Assembly: GCA_937864185.1 (NCBI GenBank)
Contig: CALMIS010000275.1
Location: 13,125 to 77,124 of the forward strand
Direction of reading: 5' to 3'
Source: an uncultured Chloroflexota bacterium
GTDB taxonomy: Bacteria > Chloroflexota > Anaerolineae > 4572-78 > J111
DNA: 64,000 nt
Shown here: in pieces, positions 1-9,949 of the stretch
Position numbering within the stretch: position 1 is the stretch's first letter
Layout of the letters: every line of letters begins with the position of its first letter
Notes under the pieces: model-generated
What the model was told of the DNA's origin: nothing
The model's database searches: none
What the model saw: only the letters and a program-made list of their open reading frames with translations
Made by a program: the position numbers and the translations under genes

Positions 1-1
1 G

Positions 2-220
2 CTTGTTCTCGTTATCGACCCCCAGCGGTTGACGGCCCGGCTCGTCTTCGAGCCGCCGGTGCCTCCCGTTCACGCTTCTGAACAAACCAGCTTTAACCCG
101 CCTCCTCAAACACTGTTTCCCCATCTCTACGGCCCACTCAACCGAGAGGCAGTGCTGGATATCTTTGCTCTAGCTCGTAAAACTAACGGCCGCTGGTGCT
201 GGCCGCCAGGAAAGGAATAA
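2..220 (+). CDS. DUF952-family protein, C-terminal fragment (5' end outside window)
   Basis: The frame is open to the window edge (LVLVIDPQRL...). The C-terminal FPHLYGPLN motif is, from memory, typical of DUF952 proteins. Stop at 218-220. Confidence 0.5.
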   Translation, partial: LVLVIDPQRLTARLVFEPPVPPVHASEQTSFNPPPQTLFPHLYGPLNREAVLDIFALARKTNGRWCWPPGKE

Positions 221-226
221 ATCACT

Positions 227-1327
227 ATGGAGATCTCAACCCAGCTTAACAATGGTTCACCCACAACCACCGCCACTGTCACCGCGGCGCGGCTGCATGG
301 TCCTAGCGACCTGCGCGTCGAGGAGGTACCGCATCCCGGTCCGCCCGGCCCGGATCAGGTGCTGCTGCGAGTGACAGCCGTGGGGATTTGTGGTAGCGAT
401 TTACACACTTACAAGGATGGCCGCATCGGGGACAACGTGATCGAGTCGCCCTTGACTCTAGGCCACGAATTCGCCGGGATCATCGAGGCCGTCGGCGAGG
501 AGGCGATGGGGGGTGATTTCCAGCCGCTCCATCCGGGCATGCGTGTCGCCGTCGATCCGGCCCAGCCTTGTTGGCATTGCGAGATGTGCGAGTTGGGCCA
601 TCCCAACTTGTGCTATCATCTCCATTTCTGCGGCTCTTATCCTGATGAAGGCAGCCTGGTGCAGTGGATGCATATGCCGGCCCGCACTTGTTTCCCGGTG
701 CCGGACAGCATCGATGATATGGGTGCGGCTCTCCTGGAGCCGTTGGGTATCGCCGTACATGCCGTGGATTTGGCCAAGATCCGGGTGGCGGACAGCGTGG
801 CGATTTTGGGCGCGGGTTGCATTGGTCTTAGTATTCTGGAACTGGTCAAACTGTCTGGGGCCCAGCCAATTTTTGTGAGCGATAAATTTCCCTGGCGGTT
901 GGCGGTAGCCGAGCAGTTGGGTGCGATTCCGATCAATTGCGATCAGGTCGATCCGGCCAAAGTAGTCTTAGACGCCACCGCTGGTCGAGGAGTCGATGTG
1001 GTGATTGAGGCTGCCTGGGCAGACCACTCGGTGCAGCAGGCCGCGGATATGGCCCGCATGGGTGGCCGGATGGTAATTGTGGGGATTTCCGAGGCCGACG
1101 AGCTACGGATGAAACACTCAACCGTGCGGCGCAAGGGGCTGACCATCCGTTTGGCCCGGCGGATGAAGCATACTTACCCGCGCTCCATCAAACTGATGGC
1201 CGGCGGTGCGGTCGATTTCGGGCCTATGGTCAGTCATCGCTTCCCTCTTGAACAGGCGCCGGAAGCTTTTGCCATGAATACCGCTTACCAGGATAACGTC
1301 ATCAAAGTGATCATCGACGTTAGCTAG
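227..1327 (+). CDS. zinc-dependent alcohol/polyol dehydrogenase (MDR superfamily, sorbitol/threonine dehydrogenase-like)
   Basis: 366-aa ORF with catalytic-zinc motifs GICGSDLH and GHEFAG, a structural-zinc Cys cluster [15 protein letters not shown] and a Rossmann motif GAGCIGL. AAGGAA lies upstream of the ATG. Confidence 0.85.
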   Translation: MEISTQLNNGSPTTTATVTAARLHGPSDLRVEEVPHPGPPGPDQVLLRVTAVGICGSDLHTYKDGRIGDNVIESPLTLGHEFAGIIEAVGEEAMGGDFQPLHPGMRVAVDPAQPCWHCEMCELGHPNLCYHLHFCGSYPDEGSLVQWMHMPARTCFPVPDSIDDMGAALLEPLGIAVHAVDLAKIRVADSVAILGAGCIGLSILELVKLSGAQPIFVSDKFPWRLAVAEQLGAIPINCDQVDPAKVVLDATAGRGVDVVIEAAWADHSVQQAADMARMGGRMVIVGISEADELRMKHSTVRRKGLTIRLARRMKHTYPRSIKLMAGGAVDFGPMVSHRFPLEQAPEAFAMNTAYQDNVIKVIIDVS

Positions 1328-2346
1328 CGCAAGATAAAGCCGTCGCGCAGCGGATCAGCCGGATCGATCAAAAATTCATGCCGGCCAGTGATGTGGGCCG
1401 TGCCTTCGATTTCAGGAATGATGGCCGGGTAGGGTCCAAAGCGGCTGCTCTTGATCACGCGGCCGGTGAAGCGGCTACCGATAATGCTCTCGACGACCAG
1501 CGGCTGGTGAAGCTTGATCTCACCGCGGGCGTAGTGAATGGCCAGTCGCCCACTGACGCCCGTGCCGGTGGGCGAGCGATCAACCTCGCCCTCGGCGAAG
1601 ACGCAGACATTGCGGCTGTCGCCCCCGGCCAAAGGTGGACCGATAAAGATTGTGCCGTACAGGAAGCCTAAATCTACCTCCAGGGGATGCTCGATGGGTC
1701 GGCTGGCGATTACGGCTTGTTTAATCGCCGTACCGATTTCGATCAGAGCTCGAAAATTCTGAGGGGTACAGGTCAAGCCCACCGCTTCAGCCTGGACGTA
1801 AACGTAGAAAGCCCCGCCGAACGCTAAATCATAGTGAACCCGGCCTAGCCCGGGCACCTCAACCGTCTCAGCCAACGCCACCACAAAAGATGGGACATTG
1901 TGAAAGTAGACGCTTTTAACCTGTCCAGCCACCACCCGGGCGTGGGCTGTCACCAGTCCGGCGGGCGTATCGATTTTGACGGTGGTTTCCGGCTCCTGGA
2001 GCGGGACTAAGCCGGTTTCGACCACCAGCTTGGCGATGGCGATAATGCCGTGCCCGCACATAGAGCTATAGCCCTCGTTGTGCAGAAACAGCACCCCCAG
2101 GTCGGCTTCAGGCGAGACAGGCGCGGTGATCAGACAGCCGTACATATCGGCGTGACCGCGTGGTTCCCACATCAAGGCGGTGCGCCAATGATCAAAGTAC
2201 GCCTTGGCATAACGGCGGCGCTCCAGAATAGTGGTGCCGGCAAGCGGCGGTAACCCCTCGAGGATGACACGCAGGGGTTCGCCGGCGGTGTGCAGATCAA
2301 TTGCCGTGATTTTGAGCCAATGAGCCGGAGGAGACCATTCATTCAT
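1324..2346 (-). CDS. proline racemase-superfamily enzyme with a Cys/Thr catalytic pair (trans-3-hydroxy-L-proline dehydratase type)
   Basis: The first catalytic motif SSMCGHG retains Cys. The second motif reads DRSPTGTG, where racemases/epimerases have DRSPCGTG. I prefer the ATG at 2346 (GGTGAGG SD 4 nt upstream) over the GTG at 2355. Confidence 0.8.
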   Translation of the reverse strand: MNEWSPPAHWLKITAIDLHTAGEPLRVILEGLPPLAGTTILERRRYAKAYFDHWRTALMWEPRGHADMYGCLITAPVSPEADLGVLFLHNEGYSSMCGHGIIAIAKLVVETGLVPLQEPETTVKIDTPAGLVTAHARVVAGQVKSVYFHNVPSFVVALAETVEVPGLGRVHYDLAFGGAFYVYVQAEAVGLTCTPQNFRALIEIGTAIKQAVIASRPIEHPLEVDLGFLYGTIFIGPPLAGGDSRNVCVFAEGEVDRSPTGTGVSGRLAIHYARGEIKLHQPLVVESIIGSRFTGRVIKSSRFGPYPAIIPEIEGTAHITGRHEFLIDPADPLRDGFILR

Positions 2347-2357
2347 TTGCCTCACCG

Positions 2358-4754
2358 TTAGGCAGTTTGGGAAACGATTTCGAGATCGCGACTGCGCTCT
2401 TCGCCGACGCTTTGAGACGGGGCACAGACCGGCAGCAGCACGTGAAAGGTGCTGCCGGGTAAATTCTTCTCATCATGTTTTTCACTTTCTACCCAAACCT
2501 GACCGCCGTGGGCCACGATGATGCCGCGGGCGACCGCCAAGCCTAAGCCAGGTCCGCCGCCCTTGAATTTGGTTTCGCCGGAAGAGTGGAGGGCAACCTG
2601 ACCGGTTTGGTAAAACTTTTCAAAGATCTGTTCATGATGTTCGGGGTCGATGCCGATGCCGCTGTCGCGCACGAGAATTTCGACGAGGGGGACCTCGCCG
2701 GGCGGCTCGAGGAGTTGACCGATAACGCTGATCTGGCCACCATCAGGCGTATACTTGATGGCGTTGACGATCAGGTTGTAAAACACCTTTTTAAGCAGAT
2801 CAGGGTCAGCTTCGATAGCCGGAAGCGCGGTGAGGTCTGTCAACGCTAGGTTAAGGTGACGCTCTTGTTTCACCTCAGCAAAAGTGTCGATGATCTCCGC
2901 TATTAACCGGTGCAGTTCAAGCTTCTCGAATTGAGGCCGGAGGACTTCGGTATCGATGCGGGCTACATCGAGCATGGCGTTGACGATTTGGTGGAGGCGG
3001 TTTACCCCGGTGTTGATTCCGCCCAGCAATTCAGCCGCTTGCTGATCCTGGCCAATCGGCGACATGAGGCTTAGGATCTGGCTATAACCTTTGATCACTG
3101 ATAACGGAGTCCGTAGCTCATGGGAGATGACGTTGATAAAGTCACTTTTGGTTTGGTCCAGTTGCTCAAGTAGCTTATAGGCTTTGTTGAGTTCGGCGGT
3201 GCGCTGCGCTACTTTTTGCTCCAGATGTTCGTTGAGCTGGGTGATCTCATCGTACAGATTGGCGTTTTCCAGGGCAATGGCCGCCTGACCGGCAAAAGCG
3301 AGAGCCATGGTGACATCATCCATCGTGAAGGCGTTACACTCGCGCCGAGTCAGCGCCATCATGCCTAAGACCTTGCTGTGCGAGATCAGAGGCACACCCA
3401 GCCAGGAGTGGTAAAGTGGGCGATCGCTACTAAGAGGCCACTCTTTTTCACCGGTCACATCGTTGATCAGAACCGGGCGGCGGGTCTCGGTAATGCGCTG
3501 AAAAATTTTCTCCGAGCCAAGGGGAGTCCCCGACGAGTTGGCCTGTTCTTGACCGGGGGCACTGCGCTGGGCCAGGCTGTAAAGGTCGTTCTCTCGCTGA
3601 AGAAGAATAGAGCCGTGCTCGTACGGGACCACCATAGCCAGCTCTTTGAGGATCCGCTTGGGTACCTGCCGGGTGTTGAAGCTACCGGATAAGACCCGGC
3701 TGGATTGTTCCAAAGACTCCGCTAGACGACGGCGGCGCTGCTCGACTTTGTAAAACTCAGCGTTGCGGATAGCAATGGCAATCTGGTCCCCCAGCGCTTG
3801 CAAGGCCAAAATATCATCATCGCTGAAGGCAGCAATGGCTTGGCTCATCACTTCCAAGGCGCCAATGCTCTCCTGACCCAGACGGAGGGGCAATGTCAGA
3901 ATTGAGCGAGCGGCAGGTAAGTCTTGGATCGCCAGTTGTTTGGTCGCGGTGGAGATGTCCTCGATGAGATGGTAGATGCCTTGATGGCCTACCCAAACAA
4001 CCGTGTAATCAGCTTGATGAATAGGGACGCTGGTGCCACGGGGTGGTAGACTCAGTTCTCGCGTGCCGGCGCCGGCCTGTAAAATCATCAGGCCCCGCTC
4101 TTCTTCCATCAGCCAGATACCGACAAAGTAATAGCCAAATTTAGATTGAATGAGCTCAACCACCCGATTCATAAGTTCATCCAGATCGAGGATGGAGGTC
4201 ACCTCGCGGGCAAGTTCAGTGCTAGTTTCAAGCTGAATAGTGCGTTTGAGTAAGGTGTTGTTCATCTTCTCAAACAGCTCGGCTTGCTCAGTGACGTCTC
4301 GAGTCAGCTTTCTGAGCCGGAGGTGCGTGTTGAGCCGGGCCAGGACTTCATCGAATTGCAAGGGCTTGATGACGTAATCAATTCCGCCGACTTGGAAGCC
4401 TTTGACCTTGTCGCTGGCTTCAGCCAGAGCAGTCATGAAGATGACCGGGATGTCACGAGTTTGGCGCTCGGCTTTGAGCTGCCGGCAGGTTTCGAAGCCA
4501 TCGATGCCCGGCATCAGCACATCAAGCAAAATAATATCTGGTTGGACGTAGAGAGCCTTTTGGAGGGCACTCTCGCCACTTCGAGCGACCAGGATGCGGA
4601 AACCGTAGCTTTTAAGATAGTTGGAAAGGACGCCCAAGTTGGTGGGATTGTCATCGACGATGAGAATAGTATGGCTGTAGTTCGTATCACCACCGGTTTC
4701 CGTACCGAGACTAGCCTCAGTTGCCGTTGCGGCTTCGTTTCGAGCGTGTTCCAT
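2358..4754 (-). CDS. hybrid sensor: N-terminal receiver + 2 GAF domains + HisKA/HATPase histidine kinase
   Basis: Receiver motifs ILIVDD...LLDVLMPGIDG...KP. Two GAF ends (IAIRNAEFY, IALENANLY). H-box [14 protein letters not shown] and G-boxes DSGIGI, GPGLGL. The ATG at 4754 is used; the track start at 4823 lies deeper inside the upstream gene. Confidence 0.85.
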   Translation of the reverse strand: MEHARNEAATATEASLGTETGGDTNYSHTILIVDDNPTNLGVLSNYLKSYGFRILVARSGESALQKALYVQPDIILLDVLMPGIDGFETCRQLKAERQTRDIPVIFMTALAEASDKVKGFQVGGIDYVIKPLQFDEVLARLNTHLRLRKLTRDVTEQAELFEKMNNTLLKRTIQLETSTELAREVTSILDLDELMNRVVELIQSKFGYYFVGIWLMEEERGLMILQAGAGTRELSLPPRGTSVPIHQADYTVVWVGHQGIYHLIEDISTATKQLAIQDLPAARSILTLPLRLGQESIGALEVMSQAIAAFSDDDILALQALGDQIAIAIRNAEFYKVEQRRRRLAESLEQSSRVLSGSFNTRQVPKRILKELAMVVPYEHGSILLQRENDLYSLAQRSAPGQEQANSSGTPLGSEKIFQRITETRRPVLINDVTGEKEWPLSSDRPLYHSWLGVPLISHSKVLGMMALTRRECNAFTMDDVTMALAFAGQAAIALENANLYDEITQLNEHLEQKVAQRTAELNKAYKLLEQLDQTKSDFINVISHELRTPLSVIKGYSQILSLMSPIGQDQQAAELLGGINTGVNRLHQIVNAMLDVARIDTEVLRPQFEKLELHRLIAEIIDTFAEVKQERHLNLALTDLTALPAIEADPDLLKKVFYNLIVNAIKYTPDGGQISVIGQLLEPPGEVPLVEILVRDSGIGIDPEHHEQIFEKFYQTGQVALHSSGETKFKGGGPGLGLAVARGIIVAHGGQVWVESEKHDEKNLPGSTFHVLLPVCAPSQSVGEERSRDLEIVSQTA

Positions 4755-7700
4755 AACTTCTCTCCATGTACTCCTTAACAAGCGTAAGGGCTTTTTCATC
4801 TTCAAAGTTGCGGGCCAGAGCACTTAAGCGTTCCGCAAATGGTCCGTATTTTTCATCAAGCTGGCTAAGCTTTTCGGCCCGCGCTTCGAGGCCAGCCATA
4901 TCGCCCATCATCGCCAAATCGAGCAAGACGGCCAACTCCTCCGGCGGGGGGGAGGCCAAAATCTGCCGAATCACATCCAAATCGTAGGGCGCTGTCTCCA
5001 TCTGATCGGGGACGTGGGGTTGATAGTTCCATTCCAACCCTAGCAATGTCTCAAGCGAACCTAGAAGCACAGTGATGGGCGCCATCTTGGGCAGTAGCGC
5101 CTGGCAGAACTGGGGCAGTTGTTGTTGGTGCTGGAAATTGTCCTGGTCCACGGAGATGGCTAAAATTGGCTTGCTCTGCGCCTCAGCCAGGTGATGCAAG
5201 GCTTTTACAGTAGGCCTAGGAGCGCTAATGAGCAGTTCAGCGTCAGCCATGATGAGATCGGCTGAGCCTGTTTGGGCTTTGGTTAGGCCTTCTTCACTGG
5301 TCCCTGTTTCAATAATTTTGAAGCCCAGGGGTTCTAGCCAATTTATCAGCGTCAGTCGATTCTCTTGACTGGGATCAATGATCAGAATGGTTTTAGGCTG
5401 GCCGGTGTAGCCGGTAATCGTGCGCCAGCCGCTGGTCAGGACTTTGGGTTTGGGGGGTAAGCCGACGACCGGCAGCGGCAAATCGAACCAGAATCTAGTT
5501 CCCTGCCCTAACTGGCTGACAATCTTAAGTTCGCTGCCCATCAGTTGAGCTAATCGATGGCTGATCGCCAGCCCCAAGCCGGTGCCTTGACTGCGACGGC
5601 GCGCGTCGCCTGCTTGCTCAAAGGGCAAAAAGATTCTATCGATCTCATTGGCAGGTAAACCGATCCCTGTATCTTCCACTTCAAAGCGGATAATCTGGCC
5701 GGAGTCGGCCAGGTCTGGGGACTCGGGTCGGCTGATCCGGAAGGCGACATAGCCTTTGTTGGTAAATTTGATGGCATTGTCTAGAAGATTAATGAGAATT
5801 TGGCGCAGCCGGCGTTGATCGCCGTAAACCCCGTTCGGCAGTGGAGAAAATGGTTCATACCGGAAGTCGATACTTTTCTGCAGAGCCTGGAGCCGGTAGA
5901 TTTCTACAATGCTGGTGAGCAGATTGGGCAGATTAAAGTCGGCTGGATCAAGTTCCATCTTGTGGGCTTCAATTTTGGACATATCCAAGATGTCATTGAT
6001 CAGGGTGAGCAAATGCTGGCCGTTTTGCTCGATGATATTCAAACCATCACGCTGGGGCCGGTTGAGGTCGATATCTTGTTTGAGGATGGCCGTGTAACCC
6101 AAAATCCCGTTGAGCGGCGTGCGCAATTCATGGCTCACGTTGGCCAGGAACTCACTCTTGGCCCGGCTAGCCGACTGAGCCACATCCCGAGCCTGCTGGA
6201 GTTCGGCGTTTTTGCGTTCGAGTTGCTCGTTGCGTTCGGCCAATTTGGCGTTGGCTTTTTGCAGCGCCGTCTCAGCCCGCTCCCGCTCGGCTAATTCCCG
6301 TTGAGCCAGGCTATAAAGGCGAGCATTGTAGATGGCCACCCCGATTTGGCTGGCCAACGAACGCAACAGGCTGGCATCGCTTTCCTTAAAGCTGGCAATC
6401 TCGCTTTTCTGGACATCTAGCACCCCAACCAGCACCTCGGCCAGACCCACAGTGATCGGCACGGCCATTTCGGCTTGCGTGTTGGGCAGCAAGAATTCGG
6501 GTGACCAGCCATCTGTCTCATGCACATTATCGATAATAACAATTTCGCGGGTGCGGGCTACGTGGGCGATGGGGCTGCCGGGGGCCTTCAGATCGATGTG
6601 GCGCAGCACCGCGGTTGGTCCAGCCCAGGTCTTGTTGGTCCCTTCGACCAATACCAACTTCTCTTGATCGTCGTCCAGTAAATAAATGTGGGTATGAAAA
6701 AAATTGTACTCCTGCTGTAAGCGTTCAATGACGTACTTCAGCAACAGATCTAAATCCAGAATAGCGGTCAATTGATAACTGATTTCGGTGTTGGTTTCAA
6801 GCGCCCGGGTTCGCTCTTGGACGCGGTCTTCCAGCGACTCGATGGCGTGGCGTAGCCGGCTGGTCATCTTATTAAAGGCTTTTGCCAGTAGACCAATTTC
6901 GTCCTGGCTGGTAATCCGTACTTTTTGGCTCAGATTCCCGCCTTCGGCGATCGCGATGGCCGCCGTGGTTAAACTGGCTAACGGCTTGGTGATGCTGCGG
7001 GCTACGAGCACACCCAAACCGGCGACAGAAACCCCGACGAGAACGATCATCCAGCCTAAAGAGCTACGAATATCGGTCAGCCAGAGGAAGGCGTTTGTTT
7101 CTTCAGCTTCAGCCAGCAAAGCCCAGCTATGATGGCCGATAGTCAGCGGCTGGTAGGCGCTGAGTAGAGTCAAGCCTTGGCGCTCGATGACCAGCTCGCC
7201 GGTTTGGCCGGTCAAGGCCTGTTCTACAGCGGCTTTGTCCACTCCAGTCAGGGCAGCTGGGTCAGAGGCAGCCAACCGGGCATTGGCGCGTCGTTGCCCA
7301 TCTTGACTGATAAGAGAGACCAGGATACTGTTCGACTGGCTGCTGCCGGTTGTTTTGCCGGTGAGCAGTTGTTCGATACTTTGGAGGGGTAGGTGATAAA
7401 CCAGAAAACCAAGCTGTTGCTGGTTGACCACGATCGGCGCTCCCAGAAAGACCCCGGCTTGGCTGTTGAACGGCCCCTCAGCCACCAGATCGGTGACAAG
7501 GGTGCGATGTGGGCCGATCTCGCTGGCTAGCGTTTCAACCAACTGAGTCAGGGGCTCGGAAGAGGTAGAAGACTCGAACAGGTTAAGCGGCGCTAGATCG
7601 GGCTGCTGGTGGCGATAGACCAGCCGACCATCGCTGGTAACGAGATAAATATCGTTGTAGGCCTTGACTTGAATAACGTCTTCAAAAAATTGGCGGTAAT

Positions 7701-8016
7701 CGTCTGCCGCTGGCGTATCACGCTCCAAAGCTTGAATGGCCTCGCTGACCAACTGCAAATCGGTGGTGGCGGCCAAGTCGCCTCGGGCCTGGGCGAAAAA
7801 GGTCTCAATCTGTTCGGCTTTGAGATCTCGCACCATGACGAGATAGTCGGTGGCTTGGCGGCGCAGAGTTTGTTCAAATAAGGATGAGGCGATCAGGCCT
7901 ACTACAATCAGAGGGATTACTGATCCGGCCAGGAGCAGGAGTGTCAACTTGGTTTGCAGGGAATGAAGCGGGCTGAGCATTGTATTTACGTCTGGCGCTG
8001 AAGGTCTTTTCATCAC
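4717..8016 (-). CDS. membrane sensor histidine kinase (Cache-like/HAMP/GAF/HisKA/HATPase) with receiver-like domain and helical C-terminal tail
   Basis: N-terminal TM helix, a roughly 270-aa extracytoplasmic region and a second TM helix. HAMP (ITKPLASL...AFNKMTSRL), one GAF (VAIYNARLY), a coiled coil and H-box [16 protein letters not shown] boxes NLLDNAIKFT, DTGIGL, GTGLGL. A receiver-like segment (ILIIDPSQ...DLIMAD) follows. Confidence 0.85.
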   Translation of the reverse strand: MMKRPSAPDVNTMLSPLHSLQTKLTLLLLAGSVIPLIVVGLIASSLFEQTLRRQATDYLVMVRDLKAEQIETFFAQARGDLAATTDLQLVSEAIQALERDTPAADDYRQFFEDVIQVKAYNDIYLVTSDGRLVYRHQQPDLAPLNLFESSTSSEPLTQLVETLASEIGPHRTLVTDLVAEGPFNSQAGVFLGAPIVVNQQQLGFLVYHLPLQSIEQLLTGKTTGSSQSNSILVSLISQDGQRRANARLAASDPAALTGVDKAAVEQALTGQTGELVIERQGLTLLSAYQPLTIGHHSWALLAEAEETNAFLWLTDIRSSLGWMIVLVGVSVAGLGVLVARSITKPLASLTTAAIAIAEGGNLSQKVRITSQDEIGLLAKAFNKMTSRLRHAIESLEDRVQERTRALETNTEISYQLTAILDLDLLLKYVIERLQQEYNFFHTHIYLLDDDQEKLVLVEGTNKTWAGPTAVLRHIDLKAPGSPIAHVARTREIVIIDNVHETDGWSPEFLLPNTQAEMAVPITVGLAEVLVGVLDVQKSEIASFKESDASLLRSLASQIGVAIYNARLYSLAQRELAERERAETALQKANAKLAERNEQLERKNAELQQARDVAQSASRAKSEFLANVSHELRTPLNGILGYTAILKQDIDLNRPQRDGLNIIEQNGQHLLTLINDILDMSKIEAHKMELDPADFNLPNLLTSIVEIYRLQALQKSIDFRYEPFSPLPNGVYGDQRRLRQILINLLDNAIKFTNKGYVAFRISRPESPDLADSGQIIRFEVEDTGIGLPANEIDRIFLPFEQAGDARRRSQGTGLGLAISHRLAQLMGSELKIVSQLGQGTRFWFDLPLPVVGLPPKPKVLTSGWRTITGYTGQPKTILIIDPSQENRLTLINWLEPLGFKIIETGTSEEGLTKAQTGSADLIMADAELLISAPRPTVKALHHLAEAQSKPILAISVDQDNFQHQQQLPQFCQALLPKMAPITVLLGSLETLLGLEWNYQPHVPDQMETAPYDLDVIRQILASPPPEELAVLLDLAMMGDMAGLEARAEKLSQLDEKYGPFAERLSALARNFEDEKALTLVKEYMERSYGTRSKRSRNGN

Positions 8017-8170
8017 TTTTTAAACTCCAGAACAGAGCGCCTGCGCTCAGGATTCCATTATAGCATTCTCTGGGCAAGTTCGCCTTACTTTGTCACTAGT
8101 GAATAAGTACTATGGCCGGCTCAAACTTGGATGTTGAGAGTTTCATTATAGTTTAACTGCCCGCTCGGGT

Positions 8171-9667
8171 CTACTCTCTCATCTGGGCGATGAGCTGGCT
8201 GAGGGCTGCCTCTCGTTCCCGGAGTTCTTGTTGAGCGGTTAGGATGACCGGCTCGGCGATTCTCACTTTGCACTGCTCGCTGGTCAGCGGACAACGTTCA
8301 CAGGTTTCATCGATAGTCACCACCGGGATAGCCGGATCTTCAATAAAACGGATGATATTATTGAGATCAGGGGTCAATCGGAAGCCGAGAGTAGCACTGC
8401 TGCCCACCCTGGGCGTGAGCGCTAACGGCCGGGCAAAGCCAAAGGTGAAAATCCGTTCATGCGTGTTAAGAAACTCCTCAATTTGGCCGCCCACCAACGG
8501 ACGCTGGGCGTAATCATCAAAGTTATTGGCCTCGCTCAGTTCGCGAAGGAGGCGGTTAGCCAGCCAACGTTGGCAGTAATGCTCGCCATAGCTAATGCCG
8601 TCACGCAGCAGCAGGCGGTTAATGTTGAACTGTTTGATGAGCTTAAAGTGGTTAGCCGCTCCGTTAAAGCGTAAGAAATGAAGCTTAATCCCGAAAAAAT
8701 GGGCCATTAATTCACTTAAGCGGTAGAGGAGCATCTCCGGGGTAGCCTCATATTTCTCTAACAGGTTTAGCAGGTACGAGGCGCGCCAGGTCTCAAACTG
8801 GAAGAAGGTGTGCAAATCCTCCAGAATTGCCGCCCGCGGCATCAGTAGCGCGCCGGCAAAGTAAGAAGCACGGAAGTCATTTAACACTTGCTGGAAGGAG
8901 TCGACCCGGTTAGGCATGGAGGTATAAGATCGCTCCGAGAGTTTAAGGACTCGATAGCCCAGTTCCCGGGCCAGCAGAAACTTGATCTGAGCCGGCTTTA
9001 AGCTGGCATTCAGGAGCAGTTTGGGTGTCCGGCCCGAAACATAAACTGAGCGGTACGCTGAGAGTTGCGGATTACCAGCCAGTTGTTGAGTTTCAAGCTC
9101 GTAGCCGAATTTCTGACAGATCAACTTCTCGAGCTTGTTTTGCTTGATGGGTAGCTTGGTTTCGATCTTGTTCTCTTTAGCAAATTTGGCCGCAGTATCT
9201 TCAATCTCCTGAAAATAGTTTTCGTGCATCTCCTGATACGAACGGAGGGCCGCCCGCAGAAGGTGTTCATCTTTCATGTTATATTGGTGCGCAATTTCCA
9301 AGAGAGCGTTGGCAAAGGCGCTGGCTTTGTTGGGCATCCGGGTAAATAAGTTGATCAGATCACTGAGTTCCAAGCCAAACTCTTCAAAAGGGAACTGCTG
9401 CAGTAAAGGCGATGAAAGCATTGTCTCCAGATACGTCAGCGAGGATGAAAGTTTGATGGAGACCAACTCATCGTAGCTTTTGTTTAAGACCTCGGCCATC
9501 TTCATGATCTTATCGGCCTTGGGATGCTTGCGACCTTTCTCAATTTCTGTGATATACGAGGGCGAGAGATCGCAGCGGTTGGCAAATTCCGATAGACTGA
9601 GATTGGCCGCGATCCGGGCCTGACGTACTTTCATACCAAAAATCACATTAACGAGTTCTGTATTCAT
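8171..9667 (-). CDS. XRE-family regulator of the RamB/PrpR (short-chain fatty acyl-CoA regulator) type
   Basis: 498 aa. N-terminal XRE HTH (RQARIAANLSLSEFANRCDLSPSYITEIEKGRK), a central ImmA/IrrE-like region and a C-terminal Cys cluster (CERCPLTSEQC). It is divergent from isocitrate lyase, as ramB is in actinobacteria. Confidence 0.7.
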   Translation of the reverse strand: MNTELVNVIFGMKVRQARIAANLSLSEFANRCDLSPSYITEIEKGRKHPKADKIMKMAEVLNKSYDELVSIKLSSSLTYLETMLSSPLLQQFPFEEFGLELSDLINLFTRMPNKASAFANALLEIAHQYNMKDEHLLRAALRSYQEMHENYFQEIEDTAAKFAKENKIETKLPIKQNKLEKLICQKFGYELETQQLAGNPQLSAYRSVYVSGRTPKLLLNASLKPAQIKFLLARELGYRVLKLSERSYTSMPNRVDSFQQVLNDFRASYFAGALLMPRAAILEDLHTFFQFETWRASYLLNLLEKYEATPEMLLYRLSELMAHFFGIKLHFLRFNGAANHFKLIKQFNINRLLLRDGISYGEHYCQRWLANRLLRELSEANNFDDYAQRPLVGGQIEEFLNTHERIFTFGFARPLALTPRVGSSATLGFRLTPDLNNIIRFIEDPAIPVVTIDETCERCPLTSEQCKVRIAEPVILTAQQELREREAALSQLIAQMRE

Positions 9668-9742
9668 ACTTTCCTTTGTGAGGGGCGTCTATTGTCAACA
9701 AAAGGGTAAGTAGTTTTTTATGAAAAGTCAATCCTCTTTCGC

Positions 9743-9771
9743 TTGACAATCTTCCTTGATCATGTTAGATT
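9743..9771 (+). promoter_or_regulatory. sigma70-type promoter for isocitrate lyase
   Basis: TTGACA (9743-9748), a 17-nt spacer and TAGATT (9766-9771), about 180 nt upstream of the aceA ATG in an AT-rich divergent region. Confidence 0.55.
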
Positions 9772-9949
9772 AGCGAAACTTCACCAAAAAAGAAAATTCG
9801 CCATTAGCTCTTTTTTCAGGCAGGCTAGGGGTTTGCCCATAAACCCGATGAGATACTAGGTGTTGAACTAGTCAACTGTCTAGTGTCTTTAGCCAGACTT
9901 ACCTCTATTATAGTAAAACCAAATTTAACGTTTCACACGGGGGTGACAC

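Noticed and set aside
4717-4754. The 38-nt overlap between the two kinase genes, considered as a possible frameshift or fusion.
   Set aside because: Both ORFs are complete with their own domain sets. The overlap is explained by the only available ATG lying upstream of the receiver domain. No evidence for a programmed frameshift signal.
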